A stretch of 64,000 nt of DNA from Octopus sinensis (lineage: Eukaryota). The position numbers and the translations under genes were made by a program. Below are positions 43,485-57,486 of this stretch, piece after piece; within the stretch, counting starts at the first letter, position 1; each line of letters starts with the position of its first letter. The stretch lies in assembly GCF_006345805.1 (NCBI RefSeq), contig NC_042998.1:38316001-38380000 (forward strand), read 5' to 3'. The notes beneath the pieces were generated by a model. That model was not told the origin of the DNA. It worked only from the letters and a program-made list of their open reading frames with translations, and did no database searches.

Positions 43485-43871
43485 CAAACACATTTTCAAA
43501 ATTAAGATTAAATTTGTTGATTTCTTTGCACATGCAAAAATGTGCATTATTTAAAGTGCTTTAGGAAAACTGTTCCCTGGAATGTAATGAGAAGTGTAAT
43601 TATTAAAAAAATTAATAATGGAATAGCTATGGTTGGAAAACTTATGTCACCATAACTTAGCAGTTCGGCAAAATAGACCAACAGAATAAGTACAAGACTT
43701 TAATAATGTGAGCACAGGGGTCAATTTGTTTGACTAAAATTCTTGAATGTGGTGCCCCAGCATGACCACAGTCTAATGACAAACAAGTAAAGGATAAAAG
43801 ATCAAATTAATGAGGAGACGAACTAATCAAACTTCATACTTTCAAAGACAAGCAGAATTTCGTTTTTGTAG

Positions 43872-44038
43872 GTGTGGTCATGTTATTCTTTGTAGATGGG
43901 AAAGTATTTGACAAAGAGAAAGCTGTTTTTATGCTTAATCAAAGAGATTACTGTTTACCAGTATTCATTTACAGAGTACTTTATTTTAAAATTTAACTGC
44001 AGAGTTGGTACTGTTAAAATCTTCGTAGATACCAATTA
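43872..44038 (+). other. Possible 5'UTR exon of HLCS
   Basis: tttttgtag| acceptor and TTA|gtaag donor around non-repetitive sequence. Confidence 0.25.
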
Positions 44039-44921
44039 GTAAGATATAACTAAGTGGCTGACACCTTTGGTAATATGCTGTGCTAGAGAAGAACCATCAA
44101 GCCAAGTGAAATTGTCGTCATGGCCAATGCTAGTGTCACATAACTGGCACGTAAAATGCACCCTCTGAATGTTGGGCGTCACAAGGGCAGTGGCAAGTGG
44201 CTGAGACCTTTGGCAATACACAGCACTTGAAAAGACCTGTTAAGCCAAGTGAGATTGTAGTCGTGGCCGATGCCAATGTTTCATATCTGTCATGTAAAAA
44301 GCACCCACTACACTCTGTAAGGTGGTTGGCGTTAGGAAGGGCATCCAGCTGTAGAAACCATGCCAAATCAGACTGGAGTCTGGTACAGCTCCCCAGCTTA
44401 CCAGTTCTCAGACAAACTCCGTTGATTACAGTGTTGAGTGTTCCGGTTGTTCTGATCAATGGAGCAGCCTGCTCATGAGATTACCATGCAAGTGGCTGAG
44501 TACTCCACAGATGTGTGTATCCTTCATGTAGTTCTCAGGAATTCTCTGTTCTGGCATGGTTTCTATGGCTGGTTGCTTAATGCCAGGTGAACAAGTGAGA
44601 CATACTCAATACATGTTGGAAAGGAGATAGTATTTTTATTACCAAAGATGAGAATTGGTCTCCTGACTCAAGTTTTACAGCACCGAGTCTTGTTAGTTTT
44701 GCCTGATGATTGCAGTGATACAAGAGTCAGGTTATGAGGCAAACTCTCAGTTTCAGCTTTGATAAAAAAAAAAAAATCTGTGTGTGAGAGTGTGATTTTC
44801 AACAATTATTATAGCACCCGATCAGTTAAGAGAGTAAAGTTATTATTATAATAAAAACCAAATAAACCCTTGTAAAATACAGCTAACCAAGGTGTCTGGG
44901 CCAATATATATGTGTGTGTAT

Positions 44922-46542
44922 AATTCCAGGTAGAGGTAGGGGTCCACCAAGGTGCAGTCCTTAGCCCTCCTCCTATTTATCATAGTGCTCCAGGCAATAA
45001 CAGGAATTCAAGACAGGATGCCCTAGGAAGCTCCTCTATGCTGACGACCTTGCTCTAATTGCAGAACTTGAGAGGTTTCAAGTATGGAAACAAGGATTAG
45101 AATCGAAGGGCCTTAGAGTCAACCTAGCTAAAATCAAAGTCCTAATAAGTAGGAAGGCAGGCAAACCACAAATCCCTGCTCGATCTGTAGAAAAGGCGTA
45201 GGTAGAAACTCTATATGCACCCAGTGTAAGCTACGGACACATAAGAGGTGCAGCAATATCAAAGGAAGGCTAACTGGAAAGATAGTTTTTGCATGTGGCA
45301 GATGCTCAGGCGCAATAAACACTGAAAATGTGCAGAGAACAACTTCTGCCACATTCCAGGGAGAAAAACTAGAAGTAGTTGATAGCTTCCATTACCTAGG
45401 TGACCTAGTCAGTTGTGGAGGTGGGTGCGCTGAAAGTGTAGCTACTAGAATAAGAATAGCCTGGGCAAAGTTCAGAGAGCTCCTACCTTTGGTGGTGACA
45501 AAGGACCTCCTGCTCAGAGTAAAAGGTAGACTATGATGCATGTGTACAAACAGCCATGCTACATGGCAGTGAAACATGGGCTGTGACTGCTGAGGACATG
45601 CGTAAGCTCGCAAGGAATGAAGCCAGTATGATCCAATGGATGTGTAATGTCAGTGTGCATACACGACAGAGTGTAAGCGCCCTGAGAGAAAAGTTGGACT
45701 TAAGAAGCATCAGATGTGGTGTGCAAGAGAGATAACTGTGCTGGTATGGTCATATGTCGAGAATGGATGAGGATAGCTGTGTGAAAAAGTGACACACCCT
45801 AGCAGTTGAGGTAACCTGTGGAAGAGGTAGACCCAGGAAGACCTGGGATGAAGTGGTGAAGCACGACTTTTGAACATTAAGCCTTACCGAGGCAATGACT
45901 AGTGACCGAGACTTTTGGAAAGATGCTGTGCTTGAGAAGACCTGGTAAGCCAAATGAGACCATAACCTCGTGGCCTAAGCCAGGGGTGTAACCAGCCCAC
46001 TTATGCGTACCTTTCCTTCATTGGACGCTAAACTCTGCTTGCAAAGACCTGTTGGGGCAAGTGAAATCGAAATCAAATTTTATGACTGGCATCAGTGCTA
46101 GTGGAGTGCTAAGAGCACCATCCGAGCGTGATAGGTTGCCAGAGCTGCTAATTGGCTTCCATGCCGGTGGCACGTCAAAGGCACCATTCCAGCATGGTCG
46201 TTACCAGCGTCGTCTTACTGGTACTTGTGCCAGTGACATGTGAAAAAACATTCGAGCGAGGTCGTTGCCAGTGCCACTGGACTGGCTGCTGTGCAGGTGG
46301 CACGTAAAAAACACCATTTGAGCGTGGCCATTGCCAGTACCACCTGACTGGCCCTCGTGTCGGTGACACATAAAAGCAACCACTTCAGTCTCGGAGCAGT
46401 TGGCGTTAGGAAGGGCATCCAGCTGTAGAAACTCTGCCAGATCAAGATTGGAGCCTGGTGCAGCCATCTGGTTTGCCAGTCCTCAGTCAAATCGTCCAAC
46501 CCATGCTAGGCATGGAAAGCGGACGTTAAATGATGATGATAT
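44922..46542 (+). mobile_element. RTE-like LINE, 5'-truncated, with Cys/His finger insert and long 3'UTR ending in (GAT)n
   Basis: VGVHQGAVLSP, LLYADDL, CSIC..GVGRNS..C.QC...HKRC...CGRC, FHYLG, MLHGSETW, WYGH..RM, RGRPRKTW; tail gttaaatgatgatgat. Confidence 0.85.
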
Positions 46543-47017
46543 GATTACCGCAAAACTGTATCACACCTGCTTCTATGCAAGATTGAATCAAATACTTACA
46601 ATTTCATAACATTGATTTATGATTAGTCAAGTGAAACCAGTCAACTCTGTACATATTGTAATGGATTAAATAATTTTAAATAATTAAGATTTCTGTGCTT
46701 TTTCACCTTAAATCTTACTTTTTATATCTATATATATGTATATATAATATAAATATAATATATATAATATAATATAATATAATATATATATATATATCTA
46801 ATATATAATATAATATATATATATCATCATCACCATCATCATTGTTTAACATCCACTTTCCATGCTGGCATGGGTTGGACAGTTTGACTGAGGGCTGGCA
46901 AGCCAGGCGGCTGCACCAGGCTCCAATCTAATCTGGCAGAGTTTCTACAGCTGGATGCCCTTTCTAACACCAACACTCCGAGAGTGTAGTGGGTGCTTTT
47001 TACGTGCCACCGGCATG

Positions 47018-47057
<40 letters not shown>

Positions 47058-48610
47058 CGTAATATCCTGCTGAAATTTTTTGTAGTCAAATATTTAGGGT
47101 CTATGTCCTTGTAATCAGATTATCATGACACTATCTATTTTTCATCTTTTACACGTTTCAGGCCCTGGACTGTGGTCATCTTGGGGCAGTCCCTTGGCCA
47201 AACGGACCTCAGTACTAATTCTTTCTTTAAGCCTGGTACTTTTGCTGAACTGCTAAGTTACAGGAATGCTAACAAACCAACACCAGTGGTCAAGCACTGG
47301 ATGGGGACAAAGACGAGCACACACACACACACAAGAGGCTTGTTTTAATTTCTATCTACCAAATCTATTCACAAAGTTTTGGTTGATGTAGAAAATCACA
47401 CACACACACACACACACACTTTTTTAATCTGGTCATTTGTGCAGAATATAATATTGTGCATGTGTAATTATTAATTAATTAAGTAAAACTAGAAAACAGA
47501 TCATTCAAACAAAGTCGGTAAAAACAGATGTTAGTAATTAATAAAATGCAATTAGTAACAGACAACCGACAGGGGACGTACAAGCATCACAACAGAAATA
47601 GTATCTCAGTGGTCCTTGTGCAGTTCTTGTCTTTATAAATTCACTTCATAAACAACATATCGGAAATGATTTTAAAAGCGACCATTAACAGAATGTAAAC
47701 AAATGATCGCGGAGGGGATCGGAGTTGTCTCCCTTACATTTCACAGATTATAATTTCATTTAAAACAAATATAAAAAGGGGTGTTTTGATTCAAGGGATT
47801 TCAGGTGGGGTAGAAACTGACCGCTGCATGTGTTGTCAAACGGATTTGTGTCATACAAGACGCTAAGACACATGTATAGACATCATCATTATTTAACGTC
47901 CTGCTTTCCATGCTGCCATGGGTTAGATAGGTTAACAGGAACTAGTAAGACCAGGGGTGACACAGGACTCCATTGGATTTGGGGTTTGGGGGGGGGCCAC
48001 AGTTTCTTATTTATTTATTGCCCACAAGGGGCTAAATATAGAGGGAACAAACAAGGACTGACAAAGGAATTAAGTCGATCATATCGACCCAGCGCGTAAC
48101 TGGTACTTATATTTATCGACCCCGAAAGGATGATCTTGACTAGCTTCCTTGGGCGGAATTTGAACTCAGAACGTAACGGCAGACGAAATAAGGCTACGCA
48201 TTTCGCCCGGCGTACTAACAGTTCTGCCAGCTCGCACAGTTTCTATGACTGGATGCCCTTCCTAATGCTAACTACTTTAGAGAGTGTAGTGGATGCTTTC
48301 TACATGGTACCAGCACCAGTTTTCCCTTTTTTGTATCACCTGTCTGGATGCTGTTCTTGTCCCATTTTATATTTGTATATATATATATATATAGCAGCGT
48401 ATATACACTTTGGTATCTTATATGTAAGTATATATATACACATATACAAGAAGTGACTGTGTGGTAAGAAGCTTGTTTCCCAACCACATGGTTCCTGGTT
48501 CAGTCCCACTGCGTGGCACCTTGAGCCAGTGTCTTCTACTATAGCTCTGGGCCAACCAAATCCTTGTGAGTGAATTTGGTAGACAGAAACTGAAAAAAGC
48601 CCATCGTGTG

Positions 48611-48662
<52 letters not shown>

Positions 48663-49218
48663 CGTGACCGACCAGGCTATCAGATGTTGCTAAACATCGC
48701 TGGTCGCAATGTGCTTCGCATTGTTTTAGCCTTCAAATGACGCCACTCCGCTGGCTAAGCGAGCAGGCCAACAAAAGAAAGAGTGAGATAAAGTTGTGGC
48801 GAAAGAGTACAGCAGGGACCGCCACACCCTGCTGGAGCCTCTTGGAGCTTTAGGTGTTTTCGCTCAATAAACACTCACAACACCCGGTCTGGGAATCGAA
48901 ACCACGATCCTACAAGCGCGAGTCCGCTGCCCTAACCACCGGGCCATTGCGCCTCCACACACATATATATATGTGTGTGTGTATGTATTTGTGAGTCTGT
49001 GTTTGTCCCCCCACCATTGCTTGACAACCAATATTGGTGTATTTACGTCCCCTAAACTTAGTGGTTCGGCAAAAGAGACTGATAGAATAAGTACTAGACT
49101 TACAAAGAATAAGTCCTGGGGTTGTTTTGTTCAACTAAAGATGGTGCTCCAGCATGGCCGCAGTCAGATAACTGAAACAAGTCAAAGAATAAAAGAATAT
49201 GTGAATGGTTGTGTATAT

Positions 49219-49775
49219 ACTGGGTGAGGCAAAGAGGACGGACGGTTTTGAAAAATTCACAAAATCATTAATTTTAGCAGCAAACGAATTTTATTGACAT
49301 CAATGTGTTCATATTTAATTAGTATTTGTTAAAATTAAGTGTGGAATACAACATCCTTCATGTGGTGTCCATTCTCATTGATGCACTTCTGAAGGCCATC
49401 TTGGAAGTTGGCCTCCACCCTCTCTAGCATTGCTCTGTCGAGTTGGGCAACTTCTACATGAATAGCTTCCTGCTCTTGATTCCCCATGCCATTGAGATGA
49501 GAATGCACTTCATCACTCATTAACAAAATGAGCTTGTCATTTGCCTCAAAAATTGCTTCCATCTGACGTGCAAAGTTAAGCCACTGTGCATAGTCCCATG
49601 GTTTCAACTGTTGCCCATTGACCAATTTGTATGAGTGGAAATGCAGGTCTTCATGCAAAATACACCTTACCGATCGATTACCGATGTCAAGTTCAGTGGA
49701 ACGCCTCCAAGCAAAGCAATTCAGACCCCGCATCAAAGCTTGTCTGATGTGTTCCATATCTTCCAGCCACCGTAA
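49219..49775 (-). mobile_element. Tc1/mariner transposase relic
   Basis: ILHEDLHFHSYK...LMSDEVHSHLNG...LQKCINENGHH; TA-CTGGGTG terminus at about 49219. Confidence 0.7.
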
Positions 49776-51236
49776 GTGTGACCCTGCCAGAACTGGTGCC
49801 ATGTAAAAAGCACTCTGTCCACTCTGTAAGGTGGTTGGCATTAGGAGAGGCATCCAGCTGTAGAAATCATACGAAAACAGACAGCAAAGTCTGGTGCAGT
49901 CTTCTGGCTTGCTAGCTCCTGTCAAACCATCCAACCTATGCCAGCATGGAAAACAGACTTTAATGATTAAATATATATATATGTGTGTGTGTGTATATAT
50001 ATATTTCTTTATTACCCACAGGGGGCTAAACATAGAGGGGACAAACAAGTACAGACAAAGGTATTAAGTCGATTACATCAACCCCAGTGCGTAACTGGTA
50101 CTTAATTTATCGACCCCGAAAGGATGAAAGGCAAAGCCAACCTCGGTGGAATTTGAACTCAGAACGTAATGACAGAAAGCATTCCAATGCTTAAGCAGCA
50201 TCTTCAGCAGGGAGGATATTCAATGCATATCTTCCATGAGTGTCTGTGAAAGAACTACACATGTTAGGAGTGTGTGGTGATGGAGAAGCAGTGAAGGAGA
50301 AGAACTTATTGAAAGTTTACCAGAGTTGATGGAAACTAGTAAATGACTTGTGTAAATGCATCGTACTTTTGTGTGAAAAGGATTGACAGGAATAGGGGTT
50401 GATAAGGGATACAAGTGAATGACAGGGGTCAGTAACAAGTGTCCCTGGGGCAGTGGAATGATCACTGAGAGTATTGGAAAAAGTAGAGTGTTTGGGAAAT
50501 GAGCAAAGTGGTTTGGCTTAATATATAGGAAAGTAATAGATAATCCATGAGATTAGTGGGAAGAATGGGTTCACTGAAATGTAGTTGGGTCTCTGGCTGA
50601 TAGGGAGAAGCCGGGTTTTGGATGTGATCAGTTCACAAAAGGATAAGCATCCATGATTTGAAGTAGAGAAACTTCACTGTACAAAGTTGATAGCTTCTGT
50701 AATGTAAGCAATTTAATTAGGGCTGGAGATGCTGGAACCAAAAGCTAGAATAAGAAAAGAATGGAAAATTGTCCAGGAGATCATTCATTGGCATCAATGG
50801 AATTCTTTCATTTGGCTGAAAAGCAGATTCTATGAAACCTTTGTAAGAAATAATTTCACTAAAGTGGAGATGCACTGCAAAATTTGCATAAAAAATGTTC
50901 CAAGCATCCATGAAGAAGCTGTGAGGAGAAATCTCTGGATGCTGGACTTCACAGAAGGAATGACAGGAACATTTGGTGAGACATTCTGTGACAGTTTCAT
51001 CCACCCATGTCACTATGGAATTCAGGTTAATACAATGATGACAATATGTTTGTGGATGTTGAAATGAATATCTTTGTACAAAGACATTTGTTGAGAAGAT
51101 GTGTAGTTAACCGATTCCAGCTAAGCACTCCCTGCTGCCCCTTATTTTATCCCCATCCCAAGGAAGCTAGTCAAGATCAATCCTAGCAGAATTTCAACTC
51201 ACAAAATAATAGTACACTACTATGTCACAGAATTTA

Positions 51237-51473
51237 TACCTATTTCTTTACTACCCACAAGGGGCTAAACACAGAGAGGACAAACAAGGACAGACAAATG
51301 GATTAAGTTGATTATATCGACCCCAGTGCATAACTGGTACTTATTTAATCGACCCCGAAAGGATGAAAGGCAAAGTCAACCTCGGCGGAATTTGAACTTA
51401 GAACGTAACGGCAGACGAAATATGGCTATGCATTTCGCCTGGCGTGCTAACGTTTCTGCCAGCTCGCCGCCTT
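51237..51473 (-). mobile_element. SINE family B, full-length copy
   Basis: Reverse complement of the 19415-19650 unit. Confidence 0.85.
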
Positions 51474-54407
51474 AATTTATACCATCCAACCCGTGCCAGC
51501 ATGGAAAGCAGATATCAAACGATAATGATGATGATTAGCCTCTCAACATTTGGTTTTAATTGTATTAATTAAATGTTCTAAGCAATTGTAAATACAATTA
51601 TATACTATCTTTTTCATTCTGATACTTTATTTGAGAATAGCTCTTAAATTAATTTATGCCCCCATTAGCAGATTACATTTTCAACCCATGCCAGCATGGA
51701 AAGCGGACATTAAACAATGATTATGATGATTTTCCTCTCTTTCAATCAGTGGAAATTGGAAAATGTTAATTTTGATATTCTGTATCAGCTTTGTAGGAGA
51801 AAATGTCTAAAGTTTATTTCTATAGTAATAATGGTTTCTAATGTTGGCTCAGAGCCAGCATTTTTAGAGTGGAGAGGATAAGTCAATTATATTGACCCCT
51901 GCCCCCAGTACTTAACTGGTACTTATTTTATTGACCCTGAAAGGAATGAAAGGCAGTTAGCCTCAGCAGAATGTAAAGACAGATGAAATGCCTATGACCA
52001 CTTTGTTCGGCTCACTGCTTTTATTTCAATAACGATTTCTTTATTTCATTGGAACAAGTCTATAAATTGTGTGGGATGTTGTGGATTTAATCAACTCTGT
52101 ACTTGTCTGGTGCTGAATTATTGATTAAATCTATATTATTTCAAGACCAACATAAAACCTATTTAAAAGATATATTTTTATATCATTTCCAATTTATGTT
52201 TCATGGTATCAAGATCAAACAAACGAATAAATTTGAAGTGGACAGCTTTGGCACAATATCCGAAAATAGCCAAAACCTATTTAAACTATTTGGAATGGAA
52301 GAATTTAAATAGATGTTGTTTGTTGATGCTTTAAAGAGAAGCCTAAAAGCAACTGGCATCATATATAACCATGGTATTTTATATGGATATCCCACACACT
52401 TCTAAGTTTGCAACTGCTGCAAAAAAACGGTAAATTATCATATGTTTAATTGGTTCATATGAACTAATTTAAAAAGTCAGAATTGAACTCCAATTTGGTT
52501 TTATGAAATTTCCATGTTTTCTATGTTTACAAGGCAGCAGGATTGTAACATTATTTTATCCAGAAAACTGCTCAGTTGGCGATGAGCTTTTGCTGCAGTT
52601 TTTAAGACACCATTGCAGTTCTTAAAGATTACAGAAGCATAGAAGTGAATAAAGACAACAATCTTAAAAACTATATCTGAAAAGGAATTAGATGTTTAAT
52701 TCTGTTATGCAAAGTATTTTCTGGGATATCCTTTCATGGTGCCAGCACGAGTGCTTTTTGTGTGGTGCCAAAAAACACCAGTACACTCTGTAAAGTGGTT
52801 GGCATTAGAAAGGGCATCCAGCCATAGAAACCATTTCAAAATAGACAATTGGAGTCTGGTGAGGTCTTCTGGCTTGCCAGTTCCTGTCAAACCACCCAAC
52901 CCATGCCAGCATGGAAAATGGACATTAAATGATGATGATGATTAAATTAGCTATATATTACAAACAACATGACCACAGCTTTAAAGCTGAAACAGTTTAA
53001 AGAAAAAGTTTGAAAATACCATTAGATGCTTTCATTAAGTTTTGAAATTGCCTTTGTGAGTATCTTCCAGAGAAGAAGATTATAAACATTAGACTTGATG
53101 TTAAGAGAAGTGGAATCTAAATAGAATTGTTTGATGGAAATGAGATATGAAGGTCAGGGGAACATATCTTTGATGATTGATTGGAATTTAGAATGAGATG
53201 AACTCCAAGTGAAACATGCATCAGATTCAATATACAAATGTCCATAACAACCTCATTAATTCTTATATTATTTTTGTTGTTATGGTAATCACAAAAGAAT
53301 TATTTTAAAATGTTGATATAAGAGAGAGAAAAGCAAATGAATTCAGAAAGCGGATATCAAAATTTTTGGACAGACAGTCAGACACATTCATCATCATCAT
53401 CATCATCATTCAACAGCCATGTTGGATGCTTTGACAGGAGCTGGCATGGTCGGATGTTACCCTTCGTAGTGCCAATCATCTTACAGAGCGTACTGGGTGC
53501 TTATTATGTGATACCAACACCAGCGCTTTTTACATGGCACCAGAAGAATCATCGAGTACTTTGCAAAACAAAAAAAAACCCTCAACTGAGAAGTAGGGGG
53601 GAGGGGAGTATTACAGGGGTGTGGCTTTGTGCCAGGTGAGGGGAGGACAGAGATAAATGTCTTACTGTAGAGTAGATACGGGAATACCCCAGTTGGGAAA
53701 GAAAGGAGAGTGAATTGGAGAGTAAGATAGGAATGTGAGTCCCAAAATTTAGATGAGTGTAATCAAAGCAAAGATATAATGAGGAGAAAGATATTTTACC
53801 TTAAAGATATGAATTAAAATTTATAATCTACTTCAAACATTCTTATCACCAGTTTTTCCCATTCTTATTTGTGCTGGTTCATGGAAATGTTTCTGTATTT
53901 TTAATTTTATTTATGAAAACAAATTATAATTTCCTTAGACTTGAAAGGTTATATTTTACAGGAATTTATTACTCTTTTCTTTTGGTCTGTGACATTACTT
54001 TGAACTAAAGAAATGAGAAATATATATTTTATCTTCTACACTAATTCAGTGGCCAAATTTCCTGAAAAAATTTCATTGAAATATTAAATCCAATCTCATC
54101 AGGGCCTAACGAATGCATATTTTCTTTTTGATATTTTTGTTTTTGATTGCATGTTTTTATTGTCATTTTCAATATTTGTTTTCTGACTCTTCTCCCTAAG
54201 TTTCCCTTTTAACATTTTCTATAATCTGGCCTGTTGAGTCAACTCTTCTTGAAGCTTATATCGACTCCGCTTCTGTCTTCTTTCATTTGCCTTTTTACTT
54301 TTTGACAAAATTCCTTAAATAACAAGAATCAGAAAAATTTCAATGATTAGATTAATATTAATCTATCTTATCAACATTTTCATTTTCTGATGTTGTTGTC
54401 TTTTCAG

Positions 54408-54525
54408 GTCTAATCATATCACAAATAAGCAATAAACCATTTATATCTAGTTCTGTGGCTTGATATACAAAACAAAAGAAATCCAGGATTTCTGGATTTA
54501 TAAATAATCAACTTATAGCACCAAA
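54408..54525 (+). other. HLCS: 5'UTR part of the first coding HLCS exon
   Basis: Strong acceptor at 54407 and an in-frame TAA at 54505-54507 upstream of the ATG, implying further non-coding exon(s) upstream. Confidence 0.6.
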
Positions 54526-55095
54526 ATGTCTGACTTTTCTCTTCCTTTGGATAAACCATCAAAGCCGCCAGTCATTAATATTTATTGCAGCAGTAAAGAG
54601 ACAAGCTTAGACGAGGCTGATAAGAATTTCGAGAAGCTTAAATCTATCTTGTGTCTTTGTCTGAATACTGACCAGTATGTAATATACCATCTGAAACCAA
54701 ACCAATTGTTTAGTGACCCTTGGGAACACAATACAGAATTACTCATTGTCTCTTCTGACTGCAATGAACAAGAACCAAATAATGTCTTGTCGGAGCTGAT
54801 TCAAAAATATCTTGCTACAGGAGGAAAAGTTCTCTGTTTTGGAGCCTCCATTTTACATTTTGACTTTGTTGAAAGAAAACCTTCAGCTCATAATTCCAGT
54901 TTTACTTGGAACTTTACAAAAATGGAATACCAAGGCAAAGTTATGATGGTTCCAGTAATATCTGATGTTTCTATGACATCTTCAAAGTTATCTCTTGTAC
55001 CTTTCAATGTCCTAGGAAAGCAAGAAAATGAACCCAAACTACCTTTGGTAATATCTATGAGCAATTCTGAAAATGGCATCTTAATATTATCTCAG
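54526..55095 (+). CDS. HLCS: Holocarboxylase synthetase (biotin-protein ligase), first coding exon
   Basis: ORF MSDFSLPLDKPSKPPVINIYC...YVIYHLKPNQLFSDPWEHNTELLIV...KYLATGGKVL resembles the HLCS N-terminal domain as recalled (KAPNILLY...YILYHL...DPWTDNCLLLVI...YLSQGGKVL). Acceptor ttttcag| at 54407; donor CAG|gtaag at 55096; 570 nt, phase 0. Confidence 0.92.
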
Positions 55096-55404
55096 GTAAG
55101 AAACCATATTTATTTCCTTGAGAATCTTTTGCTATTGTTATACTTAATTACTTCTCTGTTGGCAACAAAAAAGAAAGTTTTCTTTATTTGCATTAATTTT
55201 TTGGAAAATACAATTTTATCACATAACACTGACCATACATATTGATGCCAGCATGTATGTATAATTTTTGCACAATTTCTGCATACTGAAATGAATACTA
55301 CACAAAGAAGGTTAGAAAATGGCTGAAATCATATGGAAGTCATATGGAAAAAGTAAATCTTCACTTATTACATCTAATGACTTTATGCTATAGATATCTA
55401 TCTA

Positions 55405-55448
<44 letters not shown>

Positions 55449-55468
55449 TGCACTCCTTCTCTCTCTCT

Positions 55469-55521
<53 letters not shown>

Positions 55522-55715
55522 GTGATAGATCGTTAGCCACTACACACATTTTTTTCTCATCTTGTTTCTCTCCTTGTATTTTTCTGTGTCCCTTTCTGCA
55601 GAAGAGCGTAGGCTTGAAACGTAAAATACTTTTTCTATTCCTGAGCATTATACTAATACATCTGTTTGTTTTGCACACCACCTGTCTTCGTCTTTTGTTT
55701 TTTTTCGTAAACTCT

Positions 55716-55771
<56 letters not shown>

Positions 55772-57303
55772 CTGAGCGTGCGACCCATATTGGCACTGGC
55801 TATCTTGCCCCGGCTTGTTTCTAGATCATGCCAGTGGGGTGGAAAGGGTCTGCAAAGTGATGTGGACCTAAAACCTAAGGTGTTACAATTGCCAGTGAGG
55901 TAACTATCCGAAGCCTGGTCGATTAGGTGGGCACTGTGCATTGAGCTAGGAAGCTGCAATAATCCCATGAATGGGCATTTTGAATGGGATGCTGGTCAGA
56001 GTTGGTCTTCCTCGGTAATGAGTGGACAGCCATCATCATCATCATCATCATGTGTGTGCAACAAGCTTTTCCGTGTCCAAAATTCCACCCACAAGGAATT
56101 GATCAAGCTGAGAATATGCTAAAGGCACTTGTTCATAGCATTGTGTGTTGGGATTGATCCAAGAAACCTGGTTGTGAAATGATCTTCTCAGCTGCACGGC
56201 CATACCAATTCTTGCTTTATTTTATTTTTTTAAGGAAAGCTTTTAATTCTCTCAGTTTTTCTTACGTAAGAAGCTCCTTGCTTATCACATTTTTAATTCA
56301 CAAAATAATGTGAAATCACAGCTGCTGAGTTGGTTGTGAGCTTCAACTCTAAAATAACCGTTAAATTTGATATCTTTGCAAAAGCATCGGATCCGTTTAC
56401 CACAGCTGACTTATCTGAGAACTATTGAATCTGGGTATTTTCTTTCACATAAGTTTATTAGACTGAAGCAAGCTTGTATGTTCCAGATAATTTATTATAA
56501 TCTTTAGTAGCCATTAACAAAGATTGAGTGAGATAAAGAGACTACTGTTATGAGGGAAAAACATATTACTTTATTGGCTTCAAATTTTGGAATAAGGCCA
56601 GCAATTTTGTTGTTGGGGTGGTGATAATTCAATAACATTGACCCCAGCTGTCATCTGGTACTTATTTTATCAACCCTGAAAGGATGAAAAGCAAAGTCCT
56701 CCCTGTCAGAATTTGAACTCAGAACGTAGTCAGAAAAAATGCCATTAGCCATTTCATCTATCACAGTAACAAGGTGGTGAGCTGGTTGAATCATTAACAC
56801 ATTGGGCAAAGCACTTTGCAGCATTTCATTTGTTCCTGTGTTCCAAGTTCAAATTCTGCCAAAGTTAACTTTGCCTGTCATCCTATCAGGGTCAATAAGG
56901 TAAGTACAGACGGTAAGCTGGCAGAATCATTAGCACACCGAGCGAAATGCTTAGCGGTATTTCGTCTGCCGTTACATTCTGAGTTCAAATTCTGCCAAGG
57001 TCGACTTTGCCTTTTGTCTTTTGGGGGGTCGATAAATTAAGGACCGGTTATGCATTGGGGTCGATGTAATTGACTTAATCCTTTTTGTCTGTCCTTGTTT
57101 GTCCTCTCTGTGTTTAACCCCTTGTGGGTAGTAAAGAAATAGGTAAGTACAGTTGAACACTTAATAATACTATTAACTTGCCCCCAAAATTGCTGGCCTT
57201 GTGCCAAATTTGAAACCATTCATATGCTGCTGACGATGATGTTGATGATTATTATTATTGTTGTTGTTGTTATATTTTTCTGCTTTTTTTTTTGTTTTTG
57301 TAG

Positions 57304-57486
57304 GCTGCACTTGATAAAGATCCGACGGATTTTCTTTCAAGTAAAGAAACTTTTGCTTCTCTTCAGTCTCATAACTCTGTCAGGTTTGAGGTGCTGCAGG
57401 ATTTAATGTCTGCTAGACTTGGTCTCGACTCAAGTGCACCACAACTACCGCTTCTTACGTCTGCTACTCTACTCTCAGCAGAAAAG
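57304..57486 (+). CDS. HLCS: HLCS coding exon 2 (not in the ORF track)
   Basis: Polypyrimidine tract + tag| acceptor; 183 nt open: AALDKDPTDFLSSKETFASLQSHNSVRFEVLQDLMSARLGLDSSAPQLPLLTSATLLSAEK, matching HLCS SN..R.EVL..IL..LGL....P.LT..LLS. Donor AAG|gtcagt; phase 0/0 fits the neighbouring exons. Confidence 0.9.

Noticed and set aside
44695-44750. CTGATGA inside a hairpin
   Set aside because: No GAAA; cannot be folded as a hammerhead.
52210-52420. Possible exon or decayed PLE RT fragment (GILYG.P)
   Set aside because: Contains stops, lacks clear splice sites, and the similarity is too weak to call.
55096-55245. ORF continuation VRNHIYFL... as HLCS coding sequence
   Set aside because: Lies after a consensus GTAAG donor; homology resumes at 57304.
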